A stretch of 64,000 bases of DNA from an uncultured virus (IMG/VR IMGVR_UViG_3300017767_000001) (lineage: Duplodnaviria; Heunggongvirae; Uroviricota; Caudoviricetes), in IMG/VR virus record IMGVR_UViG_3300017767_000001, positions 1 through 64,000 of that record. One strand, 5' to 3'. Within the stretch, counting starts at the first letter, position 1. Each line of letters begins with the position of its first letter. The notes beneath the pieces are model-generated. The model ran no database searches. It was not told the origin of the DNA and saw only the letters and a list, made by a program, of their open reading frames with translations. Positions 1 to 8,708 of this stretch are shown in pieces. A program made the position numbers and the translations under genes.

Positions 1-341
1 TCAGTCAGCTCCATACTCAGGATCTTGCCCTGAATAGACTTGGGTGAGAAAGAACCGCCTTCGAAATGCTCAGCGATTTGAGCATAAGTGTACTGACCAG
101 AGTTGTCAGTAACAAAGGCGCGGAGGGTAGCTTCTTGGGCTTCGGTAAAAGACTTACCAGAAGCAGCAGAAGCAAGCTCTACCTCGTAACCCATCTTTCG
201 CAGCTTGCTAGAGATAGAACGAGTAGAAGTTTCAAGCTGGTCTGCTGCTTCTGCAACAGTAGCTTGAGATACGGGGCTTTCGCCCCCAACAAAGGTAGTG
301 AGCGCTTCAGTACGCTCATCCGTCCACTTGGGAAGTGCCAT
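1..341 (-). CDS. D5: T5 D5-like DNA-binding protein (runs off left edge)
   Basis: Manual translation from ATG 341 (GGAG RBS): MALPKWTDERTEAL...TSTRSISSKLRKMGYEV...GQYTYAQIA...SIQGKILSME. Matches remembered T5 D5 motifs and lies directly after the ligase genes as in T5. Confidence 0.85.
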   Translation of the reverse strand, partial: MALPKWTDERTEALTTFVGGESPVSQATVAEAADQLETSTRSISSKLRKMGYEVELASAASGKSFTEAQEATLRAFVTDNSGQYTYAQIAEHFEGGSFSPKSIQGKILSMELT

Positions 342-1104
342 ATTTTTTCTCCAAATAGGATTGTAAATCCATAATTATTTCAATGCCAGATTCTCTGGCC
401 TGTTTAGTTTTTGCCGATTCAATACCGCTTTCATTTACGAGAATCGTTACATCTTTTGTTAGACTTGACTTTACTACATAGCCACGACTAACGAGTGCTG
501 TGCCTGCCTGAGCCTTCGTCTTAAAACTCTTAAGCTTTCCGGTTATACAGACAATACCCCGATTCATTTCTGCAGGTAATACACTTGGGGGTGTAAACTT
601 TAAGTCAAACGGTAGAGTACCATCATAAAAACAATAGAACTCTTCATCTAACCAGTTACATAGATTCTCAGTTGCTTTTGGGCCTAATCCGGCACGCTCA
701 CAAGTGTCTGGTGTAATTTCAGTAATAGATTGGACAGTCTCAGACAGCTTCTTCGTTGCCGTTTTTCCGATCAGTGGAATACCAAAAGCAGGTAATACCA
801 AATCAAGAGGAGCCGAAATAGAGTTTTGAATTTCTGCGTGTAACTTTGTACCGAGCTTCTCGCCCAGCCTATCACATAGTAAAAATTCATCATATAGATA
901 AACTTGATCGAAGTCATCTATTTCTAGCTTCTCTATTGTTGCGGGGCCAAGCCCCTTAATCTTCAGAGTTTTTGCAAAATGCTCGATCTTTTTTTGTTTC
1001 TGTGCTGAACAGTTACTACTGTAACAGTAGAACAAATCATTGACCGAAGTAAGGTCGCCACCACAAGACGGACATTCCGTTGGCGGTAGGATCTTTTTTA
1101 GCAT
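316..1104 (-). CDS. ligB: NAD-dependent DNA ligase, C-terminal subunit (Zn finger, HhH, BRCT)
   Basis: CPSC...CxxxxC zinc finger, IKGLGPATIEKL HhH, C-terminal BRCT (CITGKL...SSLTKDVTILV...SAKTKQA). Split ligase as in T5. Confidence 0.92.
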   Translation of the reverse strand: MLKKILPPTECPSCGGDLTSVNDLFYCYSSNCSAQKQKKIEHFAKTLKIKGLGPATIEKLEIDDFDQVYLYDEFLLCDRLGEKLGTKLHAEIQNSISAPLDLVLPAFGIPLIGKTATKKLSETVQSITEITPDTCERAGLGPKATENLCNWLDEEFYCFYDGTLPFDLKFTPPSVLPAEMNRGIVCITGKLKSFKTKAQAGTALVSRGYVVKSSLTKDVTILVNESGIESAKTKQARESGIEIIMDLQSYLEKKYGTSQVDG

Positions 1105-1156
1105 TTAGATAACTCCGAAAATGTAGAATATATTATACGAAAAACTGAGGTAAAAG

Positions 1157-2101
1157 TCAAGAACTATTTTTCTGAAGGTCTGCTCTGCGAACAATTCGCG
1201 GAATAATGTCTCCACTACGTATTACCTCTACTTTGCAACCGATTTCCAGGTCCAAAGAGCGAATGTACTCGATGTTGTGTAGAGTTGCCCTGCCCACAAG
1301 AGCACCTTCTACTTCGACTGGATCAAGTAAAGCAACAGGGCTGACTACGCCCGATTTACCTACTTGCCACACAACATCGAGCAATTCTGTAATCTTCCCC
1401 TCTTTCTGCTCTTTGAGAGCAAAAGCGCCACGAGGGTGGTGGGCTGTATGTCCCATTTTTTGAAAGGCTCTCTGATCGCGCAGGCGGTATACTAAACCAT
1501 CCGTAGGATAATCAGTAGCGTCGAAGTCTGTTACGACATTGAAACCTTCATGGGCCAATGCATACATTGCTGACTTATAGTCTGAGTAGTCTTTTTCAAA
1601 CTGGAGGTCGTAAGCGACAAAAACCAAGTCTTGAGATCGCTCTCGAAACTCTTGTATGTCTTTGACATTTAACAACCCCGCCGCAGCATTGCGAGCATTG
1701 GGGACAAACGAGGGCAAAACTACCTCTCCAGTAATCTGCACACTACCCTTCATAGGAATAGTAACAGGTACTAGCTCTTCTAGCTTTATGGTAACGTCTC
1801 GGCCTAAGTTACCATCGCCTCGTGTCAATCCGAGTGCAAAGTGTCCATTTACATACAGTAAAGACACAGCAGCCCCGTCTAGCTTCGGAGTACAAACATA
1901 CTCTGAAGTATTGGGGGCTTCAGCAAGATCAAAATATTTTTGCAGAGAATACATCTTGTACAAATGCGGAACACCGTCTGTGACCGTATGGCCTACAGAT
2001 TGGTGATTCCACTTTGCTACAAGCGCGTCATACTCTTCGTCCGAGATTATCGGGTAGCCCGAGAAGTACGCGGCTTCACATTTTTCAAAAAAATCTTTCA
2101 T
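1157..2101 (-). CDS. ligA: NAD-dependent DNA ligase, adenylation/OB subunit
   Basis: MYSLQK, KLDG active site, TRGDG, RNAAAG, DGLV, WQVGKSG, RATLHN and SGDIIP motifs. Confidence 0.95.
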   Translation of the reverse strand: MKDFFEKCEAAYFSGYPIISDEEYDALVAKWNHQSVGHTVTDGVPHLYKMYSLQKYFDLAEAPNTSEYVCTPKLDGAAVSLLYVNGHFALGLTRGDGNLGRDVTIKLEELVPVTIPMKGSVQITGEVVLPSFVPNARNAAAGLLNVKDIQEFRERSQDLVFVAYDLQFEKDYSDYKSAMYALAHEGFNVVTDFDATDYPTDGLVYRLRDQRAFQKMGHTAHHPRGAFALKEQKEGKITELLDVVWQVGKSGVVSPVALLDPVEVEGALVGRATLHNIEYIRSLDLEIGCKVEVIRSGDIIPRIVRRADLQKNSS

Positions 2102-2156
2102 ATATTTCCTCACTCAGACCATATATTATACAGAAAGAAGAAAGAAAAGTCAAGAA

Positions 2157-2459
2157 CTATTTTATGTATAAGTCCTGGATAAGATCGGAAAAATTCTCTT
2201 CAATAATTTCTTTACTTTCCGCCAGGCTTAGTATCTCGACTAATCCTGCAAAAAGTTCTCTACTATTATTGAAATCTAGTGGAAAGGCTACTCCTTCTGG
2301 AGTAGGGCACCACTCTTCGTCAAAACTCAAATAATACTTACGAAGGTGTAGATATTCTATTCCACGAAACGTACTTACCGTCAATCGTATCTGAACTTCT
2401 TTTTCTTCGTCATAATGTACAATTTTTTCATACATTTCTGGAGATTCATACAGTTCCAT
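2157..2459 (-). CDS. PC4-like ssDNA-binding/transcription coactivator protein
   Basis: VSTFRGIEYLHLRKYY...EWCPTPEGV PC4-fold signature; T5-syntenic position. Confidence 0.75.
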   Translation of the reverse strand: MELYESPEMYEKIVHYDEEKEVQIRLTVSTFRGIEYLHLRKYYLSFDEEWCPTPEGVAFPLDFNNSRELFAGLVEILSLAESKEIIEENFSDLIQDLYIK

Positions 2460-2460
2460 A

Positions 2461-2727
2461 TCAGTCTCCGTTCTTCAAAACGGAAGCCAAAGGAACAACA
2501 CTAGTTACATTATTTGGTTTTAACAGTCTATATGAGTCAGTATCCCAACAAAAAAGCAAAAGAGTGCTGTCAGACTCTTTTGCCCGATTTCTTTTGTCTT
2601 GGATATAAGGTGTTGAGAAGTCTAGCGTGCAAACATTATATTTGAGTTTACCACTATTTTCACTTCGGTAACTTATTACCGCGTCACCATACTCATTTAC
2701 GAGTCGTGCTAGTTCTTCTTTTTTCAC
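2461..2727 (-). CDS. conserved T5-like hypothetical protein
   Basis: GTG start with AGGAG RBS; syntenic between D3 and the PC4-like gene. Confidence 0.7.
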   Translation of the reverse strand: MKKEELARLVNEYGDAVISYRSENSGKLKYNVCTLDFSTPYIQDKRNRAKESDSTLLLFCWDTDSYRLLKPNNVTSVVPLASVLKNGD

Positions 2728-2791
2728 AAATGCTCCTAAGAAGCGGGTTGGCAGAATTTTCTACCGTCCTCATCATCTTAGAAGCAAAACT

Positions 2792-3157
2792 TTATGAATT
2801 AATTGCGGAAATAACACCTGTAAAGTATACAGCAGCTTTGCCAGTTAGCTTGTCAAGAATCTCTTGGTCAACTTCTTGACCTGCATCAGAGATTGCAGCA
2901 GACAAACTTTCAATGGCGGCAGCTTTTGATACACGCCCGCCACTACCACCATTCGAGGCTGTGCTTTTGGCTCCACCAGAAGCGGGGGCTTTCTTTACAT
3001 ACACGCCTGCTTTAGTAAGAATCATACGAACACCGTTTGGTGACTCTTCAAATTCTTCCGCAAGCTCCGCGACGATCTCCATGCTGTTCTCTGGAGTTGG
3101 ATTTGCAGCTTCGTATTGTTCAATCACTGCTGCTTTCTTTTCGTCATCCCATGCCAT
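2792..3157 (-). CDS. D3: T5 D3-like DNA-binding protein
   Basis: MAWDDE...SMEIV.E.A......PNGVRMILTKAGVYVKKA...IDKLTGKAA-like matches T5 D3. Start placed at MAW. Confidence 0.85.
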   Translation of the reverse strand: MAWDDEKKAAVIEQYEAANPTPENSMEIVAELAEEFEESPNGVRMILTKAGVYVKKAPASGGAKSTASNGGSGGRVSKAAAIESLSAAISDAGQEVDQEILDKLTGKAAVYFTGVISAINS

Positions 3158-3233
3158 TCTTCGTTTCCTTCTACGTTGTGAAATGGTAGCCCCGGGACAG
3201 TTTCCCGTGGCCGCTAATTGTTGGTGATAGAAC

Positions 3234-3320
3234 CTATCGCCCACTCTGAATCTGCTCAATCCATAAGAATGAAATAAGCGAGAGCGTAAGAAACAGGAAG
3301 TACCCTGCTAGAAATTCCAT
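3234..3320 (-). CDS. 28-aa hydrophobic micro-ORF
   Basis: AGGAG RBS then MEFLAGYFLFLTLSLISFLWIEQIQSGR, first ORF after the promoter at 3350-3378. Confidence 0.45.
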   Translation of the reverse strand: MEFLAGYFLFLTLSLISFLWIEQIQSGR

Positions 3321-3387
3321 TTGTAAGTCTCCTATCAATTTATACAGATATTATACCTGCATATGAAGTGAAAGTCAAGAAATTTTT

Positions 3388-4080
3388 TTAGATACGTGAT
3401 AAGTCTACTCCGTATTCTTCAAGGTGGGATAGCTTACCTAAATCATATGCGAGAGCTGAAGCGGTAAAACCACCGCCTTGTGCAGTAGTCCAACGATCAC
3501 TGTAATCATCATCAATTTTTTCAATTACCCAGATGTTGTATGCTTTACTACCATATTTCTTTTCGTAGTTTACATCTTTCATTCCGGGTTTTTCTGCCTG
3601 ATAATCTATAGACAATTCATATTTAATTATGGCAGGGCCGTGATACTTGGCCGACCATACTATCTCTCCATCAGCAAAATCTTCTGCAACGCACTCGTCC
3701 GGCAAGTAGTCGTAGGTTCCTTCTCCTTTTTGGGGAACTCCTGTACGTTCGATGATGGCTTTGACAAATCCTGAGGATCTGTACAACCCCGCTGCGATTT
3801 CTGAGATGGCGTCGCCGGATAAAAATCGAGTAACCGCATCTGCCACTTCATCTTTTGTGGCTGCTTTCCCTTTGTTTTGAGTTTTTCTTTTTGAACGATA
3901 CGCCTGCGTCTCTTCAAATTCATCAATTATTCTCTGAAGCCTGGTTGTATTGTATGCTATATTCAGGATACCACAGGCTTCCTTCTTTGTTATAGGACTG
4001 TTGCCACTCAGAAGATCGAGTACTTTCCGTATATTCGTATCGGACAAGTTCTCGGACTCTTTCTTCTTGATTCTTCTCAA
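3388..4080 (-). CDS. D2: T5 D2-like protein
   Basis: KV...L.....TKKEACGILN motif and synteny with D3; TTG start with GGGAG RBS. Confidence 0.8.
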   Translation of the reverse strand: MRRIKKKESENLSDTNIRKVLDLLSGNSPITKKEACGILNIAYNTTRLQRIIDEFEETQAYRSKRKTQNKGKAATKDEVADAVTRFLSGDAISEIAAGLYRSSGFVKAIIERTGVPQKGEGTYDYLPDECVAEDFADGEIVWSAKYHGPAIIKYELSIDYQAEKPGMKDVNYEKKYGSKAYNIWVIEKIDDDYSDRWTTAQGGGFTASALAYDLGKLSHLEEYGVDLSRI

Positions 4081-4297
4081 TTTTTGCTATCTCCCTATTT
4101 AGATACCATACTGCTTTGCTTAAATCATGTACAGGATCGTGAGTTTTTATTCCTGCTCTCCAGATATATTTTACAGCATTTCCAAGACAGAAACTCATAT
4201 GTTCTGTAATTTGAATACACTCCACCCCACTAGGGTGTGCTTTGTAGTGAGGAGGATGATATACATTAAATAGTTTACTTTTAAACTTGCCTACCAT
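3923..4297 (-). CDS. DUF3310 (SaV-like) protein
   Basis: V.HPPHY....GVECI.......FCLGNAVKYIWRAG.K.....DLSKAVWYL. Confidence 0.85.
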   Translation of the reverse strand: MVGKFKSKLFNVYHPPHYKAHPSGVECIQITEHMSFCLGNAVKYIWRAGIKTHDPVHDLSKAVWYLNREIAKIEKNQEERVRELVRYEYTESTRSSEWQQSYNKEGSLWYPEYSIQYNQASENN

Positions 4298-4491
4298 TGA
4301 TTATGCTCCGGTGCTTCCTGTTGTGTACGCGCGTCTACATAGTATTGAGCTTTCTCTCTACTAGTAAGTCGTGCTACGTCTTGAATTTTTCCGTCGGCCT
4401 TCTTTTCTACTACTCTATATACTCTTTCATTTTGAGCGTAGAATACTTCTACAATCTCATATGTACTTATCCCTCGTTCTCCAAGTTCCAC
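4291..4491 (-). CDS. hypothetical protein
   Basis: ORF packed in the operon with short overlaps. Confidence 0.55.
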   Translation of the reverse strand: MELGERGISTYEIVEVFYAQNERVYRVVEKKADGKIQDVARLTSREKAQYYVDARTQQEAPEHNQW

Positions 4492-4802
4492 ACACCTCTC
4501 CTGTTCTCTACGGGGGTAAGCTTAACTCGCTGTACCCACAAATGACCATTCTTTTCTGCATCTTGAAATGTAAGAGCAGTAATAAAAAATGCACTAATTA
4601 CTAATAAATGTCCACCTACACTTCCAAGACCAAAGTAAATACTATAGCCAGTCCAAAGCGTAAATACAACTGTCCACATAACTGATAGATAAAACATCAG
4701 TATGTACTGTGTAAACGCATTTGGTATAAGTCTTAAAGGGTTCATTTTAAGACTAAAAAAGAAATTATAGGTGTCGTACACCCAAAAGCCTAATTTTTTC
4801 AT
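4467..4802 (-). CDS. membrane protein, hypothetical
   Basis: Two hydrophobic helices; ATGA coupling to the upstream ORF. Confidence 0.7.
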   Translation of the reverse strand: MKKLGFWVYDTYNFFFSLKMNPLRLIPNAFTQYILMFYLSVMWTVVFTLWTGYSIYFGLGSVGGHLLVISAFFITALTFQDAEKNGHLWVQRVKLTPVENRRGVWNLENEG

Positions 4803-4957
4803 TCTTCGTCAGGTTCTCCATACATTTCAGCAATTAATCTTGCTTGCTCTTCGATTTCTTCTTGTTGCTTTTCCAACTCTAAATACTGCTCATCTACTTT
4901 TGATAAACCAGATTGAGTAGCTACGAGTTTTAGATGATTATAACTCTTATTTTTCAT
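4799..4957 (-). CDS. 52-aa coiled-coil hypothetical protein
   Basis: MKNKSYNHLKLV...ELEKQQEEIEEQARLIAEMY; ATGA overlaps at both ends. Confidence 0.6.
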   Translation of the reverse strand: MKNKSYNHLKLVATQSGLSKVDEQYLELEKQQEEIEEQARLIAEMYGEPDEE

Positions 4958-5550
4958 TTCGCTGTAATCCTCGTCTCGTAGTCTGCAAGATCATCGTCCC
5001 ACCAACTGGGTTTGGGTCTGTGAGACCAAACGGCAAAAGTAGCCTTGTCGAGATGATAATAGTCACGATAAGACTGTATAGGATTGTCATAGTCTTTGAG
5101 CACGTCTGGCATTGCCAATCCGAAAGTGGTAAATCCAAGTCTTTCCATTTTGACAATATCGGGTAGTTGGTTGATGACTGTGACTGACTTATGTTGCTTT
5201 CCGTATCTATAACGATATTCTTCTCCAAGAGCATTGCCATAGCAGTGCGTCCACTCATAGTTATCCAAAGAACTACGTGCCCAGATAGTACAAGGGTGAT
5301 TGTACATCATAGGCAGGTAAGGAGTAAGAGGCCTGCTTTCAGGCGGTAAGTGTTTAATCTCCTTCTTCAAGGAGTTGAGATGGTCAGACTCTGATTTATT
5401 CAAAGCCCGGGGTACAAAACCCAAATGCACATCTACCCAGACAGCGGTACAGCATATCTGGGCAACTTCCAATGGCATTTTTACAATATGTTTGTCAACG
5501 TGAGCTTCTGCACACGCATCTAAATCTTCGTCAAGATAAAAAAGATTCAT
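4954..5550 (-). CDS. pyrimidine-dimer DNA glycosylase (DenV)-superfamily protein
   Basis: MNLFYLD....CA..HVDKHIVKM..E.AQ...NHPCTIWAR...EYRYRYGK.H phage family; GGAGG RBS and own promoter. Confidence 0.7.
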   Translation of the reverse strand: MNLFYLDEDLDACAEAHVDKHIVKMPLEVAQICCTAVWVDVHLGFVPRALNKSESDHLNSLKKEIKHLPPESRPLTPYLPMMYNHPCTIWARSSLDNYEWTHCYGNALGEEYRYRYGKQHKSVTVINQLPDIVKMERLGFTTFGLAMPDVLKDYDNPIQSYRDYYHLDKATFAVWSHRPKPSWWDDDLADYETRITAK

Positions 5551-5595
5551 ACTACCTCCAGTTAGTATATATTATACACTAACTAGTAATGAATG

Positions 5596-6039
5596 TCAAG
5601 TTACATTTTCTAGTCGTGTCATTAATCTTTCTGCTCGATTTGTAACTTGTCGGTACCATAAAGAGTCTCGGCCCTCTGCCGCAGCTTGTTTCCAGTTATG
5701 CTGGGATAAATGAAATCGCAGCTGCCGAAACTTCTCAAGTCTTGTAGCGCCGAGATTGAACGCCATGTTGACCATTATCAGTTGGACTTCTTCTGGCCAG
5801 TTGTGCCACTGTCCATATAGTCGTTCGCAGTCCTTAATGGCACATTCAATATCTCGATCGAAGAGCTCTCGGCTTCTCTGAGCCGTAATGGGTGTCCCGG
5901 CAGGCTTTCCAAACTCTTCATCTTCTGTTGTGACCAAGTGTCCAATACCAATAGTAGGGTATCCCAAGTGGTCATCATAGACTTCCAGAACTTCTCCTTC
6001 ATCTGCTTTAATTTCCTCATATAATCTTTCACGATCCAT
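5596..6039 (-). CDS. phage lysozyme (GH24/T4-type)
   Basis: DEG....VY.D.LGYPTIGIGHL catalytic E/D/T pattern; NMAFNLG, SLWYRQVTNRAERL. Confidence 0.9.
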   Translation of the reverse strand: MDRERLYEEIKADEGEVLEVYDDHLGYPTIGIGHLVTTEDEEFGKPAGTPITAQRSRELFDRDIECAIKDCERLYGQWHNWPEEVQLIMVNMAFNLGATRLEKFRQLRFHLSQHNWKQAAAEGRDSLWYRQVTNRAERLMTRLENVT

Positions 6040-6409
6040 GTTTGCTCCTATAATCTGCGACTGCTGCTTTGATAGCATCTTCCGCTAATACGCTACAATG
6101 TATTTTTACTGGCGGAAGTGATAATTCTTGAGCAATTTGGACATTGCTGATCTTTCCCGCTTCGTCAAGGGACTTTCCTCTAACCCATTCTGTGAGTAGT
6201 GATGAAGAAGCAATAGCACTGCCGCATCCGTAAGTTTTGAATTTAGCATCTTCAATAATTCCGTCGGTCGATACTCGGATTTGAAGTTGCATGACGTCTC
6301 CACACGCTGGAGCACCTGTGAGGCCTGTTCCGACATCTGGAGCATTCTTGTCAAGTTTTCCGACATTCCTGGGATTTTCATAATGATCTAATACCTTATC
6401 TGAGTACAT
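6029..6409 (-). CDS. iscU: Fe-S cluster scaffold IscU
   Basis: YSDKVLDHYENPRNVG, GAPACGDVM, FKTYGCGSAIASSS, LPPVKIHCS; all three Cys and the HscA-binding LPPVK motif are intact. Confidence 0.97.
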   Translation of the reverse strand: MYSDKVLDHYENPRNVGKLDKNAPDVGTGLTGAPACGDVMQLQIRVSTDGIIEDAKFKTYGCGSAIASSSLLTEWVRGKSLDEAGKISNVQIAQELSLPPVKIHCSVLAEDAIKAAVADYRSKHGS

Positions 6410-6591
6410 CAGCTTTTTCCTGGGCCTACCCTGATTGTTTCAGAGCATATAATATTACTAGCTTTATCTTCCCATACATTTGGTAGAAGCCCGTGTACGA
6501 GCAGTATAAGTGCTACTTTCCAGGCTCCTAACAAATGTTCAAAGTACCCTTTATTTGTTTCTTTTAGATGATTTGTCAGTCTTATCTCCAT
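6409..6591 (-). CDS. small membrane protein (HL.E....YFEHL family)
   Basis: NHLKETNKGYFEHL...LLVHGLLP..W...AS motif. Confidence 0.6.
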   Translation of the reverse strand: MEIRLTNHLKETNKGYFEHLLGAWKVALILLVHGLLPNVWEDKASNIICSETIRVGPGKS

Positions 6592-6881
6592 ACCACATTC
6601 CTCCTGCTATAACTATAGTTGCAACAACAAAAAATAATAAAAATATTGAATCTTCGGGTGTCAAAACTTACCCTCTACAGCTTTTTGTGATACTACGAAA
6701 GTAAAACCTCCTGCTATCATTGGAAGCATCATTATACAGAATATTCCTACTAATTCCATTACCATACCTCACATTTTTGAAGAGATGGTGCATTCTCATG
6801 AATAACATTACAGTTTTTTTCTTGAGGAGTACAAGTAGTCATTGATACTAGAATTAATACAAATGCTACGCATACTATCAC
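6551..6881 (-). CDS. three coupled single-TM micro-ORFs (6759-6881, 6661-6759, 6551-6664)
   Basis: Manual translation gives 40, 32 and 37 aa, each with a hydrophobic helix and overlapping stop/start codons (TAATG, TTGA). Confidence 0.5.
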
Positions 6882-6898
6882 TTGTTCAACGGGAAATT

Positions 6899-7393
6899 TC
6901 ATTCTGCTATTGACATCTCAAAATGCCACGTATCTAATTGAGGACGAACACCTTCCATTATAGCGTGCTCAAGATACATTGTAGATAAATCTTCCATCAG
7001 TCCTTCATACTCTGTAATATCATTAACATGCCACGCGCCTCCCCAGCGCAGAGGAACATTTAAATCGTCTGCAGCATATCTCATTGTAGTTGCTACTTCA
7101 TCTGCTACTTCTGCTTCTGGAGATACTCTACCTTTAATAACTGGTAGTATATCTACTGCTGTACCGTAAAGATGTGGAGAGTTTGCTCCGTTTGTTACTC
7201 CTTTACGAAAAAATTCTTCCTGCTCTGACTTAGTTCTTTTACCATGTATAACCATTAATTGTATATCAGCAATAGCTTGGGCTCGTCTTACCACTTCTGC
7301 TAAAGCAGGATGAATTTTACTTAATTTATTTTCACACTCGTCACTTAAAAAATACATTTGATCTGGGTGTGTTTCTTCGTTGTAGTAGTTCAT
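6899..7393 (-). CDS. M15-family peptidoglycan peptidase (T5 endolysin-like)
   Basis: G.RT..EQ, SPHLYGTAVD and RWGG.W...DTWHFE Zn-ligand motifs. Confidence 0.85.
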   Translation of the reverse strand: MNYYNEETHPDQMYFLSDECENKLSKIHPALAEVVRRAQAIADIQLMVIHGKRTKSEQEEFFRKGVTNGANSPHLYGTAVDILPVIKGRVSPEAEVADEVATTMRYAADDLNVPLRWGGAWHVNDITEYEGLMEDLSTMYLEHAIMEGVRPQLDTWHFEMSIAE

Positions 7394-7407
7394 TTTATAT
7401 CCTTGAG

Positions 7408-7431
7408 AAGCGGGGCCGAGACCCCGCAGGG
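7408..7431 (-). terminator. GC hairpin, terminator-like
   Basis: GCGGGG-N-CCCCGC stem; weak U tract. Confidence 0.45.
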
Positions 7432-7433
7432 TA

Positions 7434-7529
7434 TTACACTATTAGTGGTGCAAGAGCCATCATTACTACTGTTGCTGCCCAAAGGCAAAGAAAGCATTCT
7501 CCACAACACTCAACTTTTAAATAGTTCAT
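7434..7529 (-). CDS. 31-aa Cys-rich hydrophobic micro-ORF
   Basis: AAGGA RBS; MNYLKVECCGECFLCLWAATVVMMALAPLIV. Confidence 0.45.
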   Translation of the reverse strand: MNYLKVECCGECFLCLWAATVVMMALAPLIV

Positions 7530-7537
7530 ATATATCC

Positions 7538-7960
7538 TTATGAAATTGTAACCTTTACGGGTTGCAGTTCATTAGGGATTTCTTCATGTAAATCAATACA
7601 TAGCAGTCCGCGTTCCATATAAGCTTTGTCTAGTTTTACGTGCTCACTTACGCCGAATGTGCGTGAGAAGCACTTACCGCTTAAGCCTTTGTAAACATAA
7701 GTTTCGTTACTAGATTCTGTTTGCTTTACAGTGCCCGATACTGTCAATAAGCCCTTATGAAGGCTAATCTCAAGATCATCTTTATTCCAGCCTGGCACAG
7801 CTAATTCGACCCTATGGCCCGTCTCGCCTACGCGTAGAATATTGAATCGAGGGTACCCACCATCGAGTGTGGGGGCAAAAACACTGGTATCATGAAACAT
7901 TCGGTCAAAACCTAACATAAATTTATGCAGGTCTGCCACTGCTAGTTTAGCATTAGTCAT
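7538..7960 (-). CDS. small heat shock protein Hsp20 (IbpA-like)
   Basis: LGFDRMF, YPRFNI, ELAVPG, YVYKGLS...FSRTF, GLL.IDL...IP....P..V.I. Confidence 0.93.
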   Translation of the reverse strand: MTNAKLAVADLHKFMLGFDRMFHDTSVFAPTLDGGYPRFNILRVGETGHRVELAVPGWNKDDLEISLHKGLLTVSGTVKQTESSNETYVYKGLSGKCFSRTFGVSEHVKLDKAYMERGLLCIDLHEEIPNELQPVKVTIS

Positions 7961-7981
7961 AAAGTTCTCCTTTTATGAATT

Positions 7982-8017
7982 GCGTCCTTTCGGTACGCTT
8001 GGGCTCTTTCGATGCCC
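7982..8017 (-). promoter_or_regulatory. tandem bulged-A GAAA hairpins in the hsp20 leader
   Basis: RNA GGGC-A-UC-GAAA-GA-GCCC and GCGU-A-CC-GAAA-GG-ACGC just upstream of the AAAGGAG RBS. Confidence 0.65.
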
Positions 8018-8034
8018 GGGTTATTGTTATCCAG

Positions 8035-8187
8035 TTATAGAGATGGACTCTCTTCGTCTAGTTCTAGGATTCCTTTCTCCATTAGATAGTTTACTGTAGC
8101 CTCAACCCCTGTACGGCGGCCGAGATAAAATGCGTGTCCGGCACAACCAAACATACAAAGTGCTAGTATTAAGTAAAGTCCGATCAA
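8035..8187 (-). CDS. 50-aa membrane-anchored hypothetical protein
   Basis: AGGAG RBS, TTG start, N-terminal TM helix. Confidence 0.55.
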   Translation of the reverse strand: MIGLYLILALCMFGCAGHAFYLGRRTGVEATVNYLMEKGILELDEESPSL

Positions 8188-8222
8188 GAGATTCTCCTAT
8201 TTCTGTACAAATTTATGGAGAT

Positions 8223-8318
8223 ATTATATCAAATTGAACGACAACTGTCAAGATATATTTTTTGGAACACCACATCGCAAAAATAACACTTGACTTCGAA
8301 TCTCACTTCGAATATAAT
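8223..8318. promoter_or_regulatory. divergent sigma70 promoter pair
   Basis: Minus strand TTGACA-17-TATAAT (8251-8223); plus strand TTGACT-17-TATAAT (8290-8318). Confidence 0.85.
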
Positions 8319-8325
8319 ATATGTC

Positions 8326-8496
8326 ATGAAAGAATATAAAAAGCAACCATGGTCGATACGCGAAAGAGTAATGTTGAAAGAGCACTACTCCAAGATGTCT
8401 GTAACAGAGTTACAGGAGAAAGTATTACCTAGTCGCACGGAAAACTCGATACGCAAACAGGTTGCGTACCTACGTAAAAGAGGTTGGAGTTTTTAG
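8326..8496 (+). CDS. small Myb/HTH-like DNA-binding protein
   Basis: PWS..E...LKEHY......L....LP.RT.NSIR..V..L pattern. Confidence 0.6.
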   Translation: MKEYKKQPWSIRERVMLKEHYSKMSVTELQEKVLPSRTENSIRKQVAYLRKRGWSF

Positions 8497-8510
8497 GCAG
8501 AAGGAGATAC

Positions 8511-8708
8511 ATGCCAAAAGTTAAAGTACGTAACAATAACGTAGACGCTGCTCTACGAGTTTTCAAGAAAAAATGTTCAGAAACACTATGGGATTATAAA
8601 CAGAAGGAATATTATGTACCACGAAGCGAAAAACGACGACTGGCTAAGCAGGCTGCAGTCGCAAGATTCAAACGAAAGAGAAACGATAATGGACGGAACA
8701 AATTTTGA
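8511..8708 (+). CDS. rpsU: 30S ribosomal protein bS21
   Basis: MPKVKVRNNNVDAALRVFKKKC......YYVPRSEKRR..KQAAV.R; AAGGAG RBS. Confidence 0.9.
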   Translation: MPKVKVRNNNVDAALRVFKKKCSETLWDYKQKEYYVPRSEKRRLAKQAAVARFKRKRNDNGRNKF

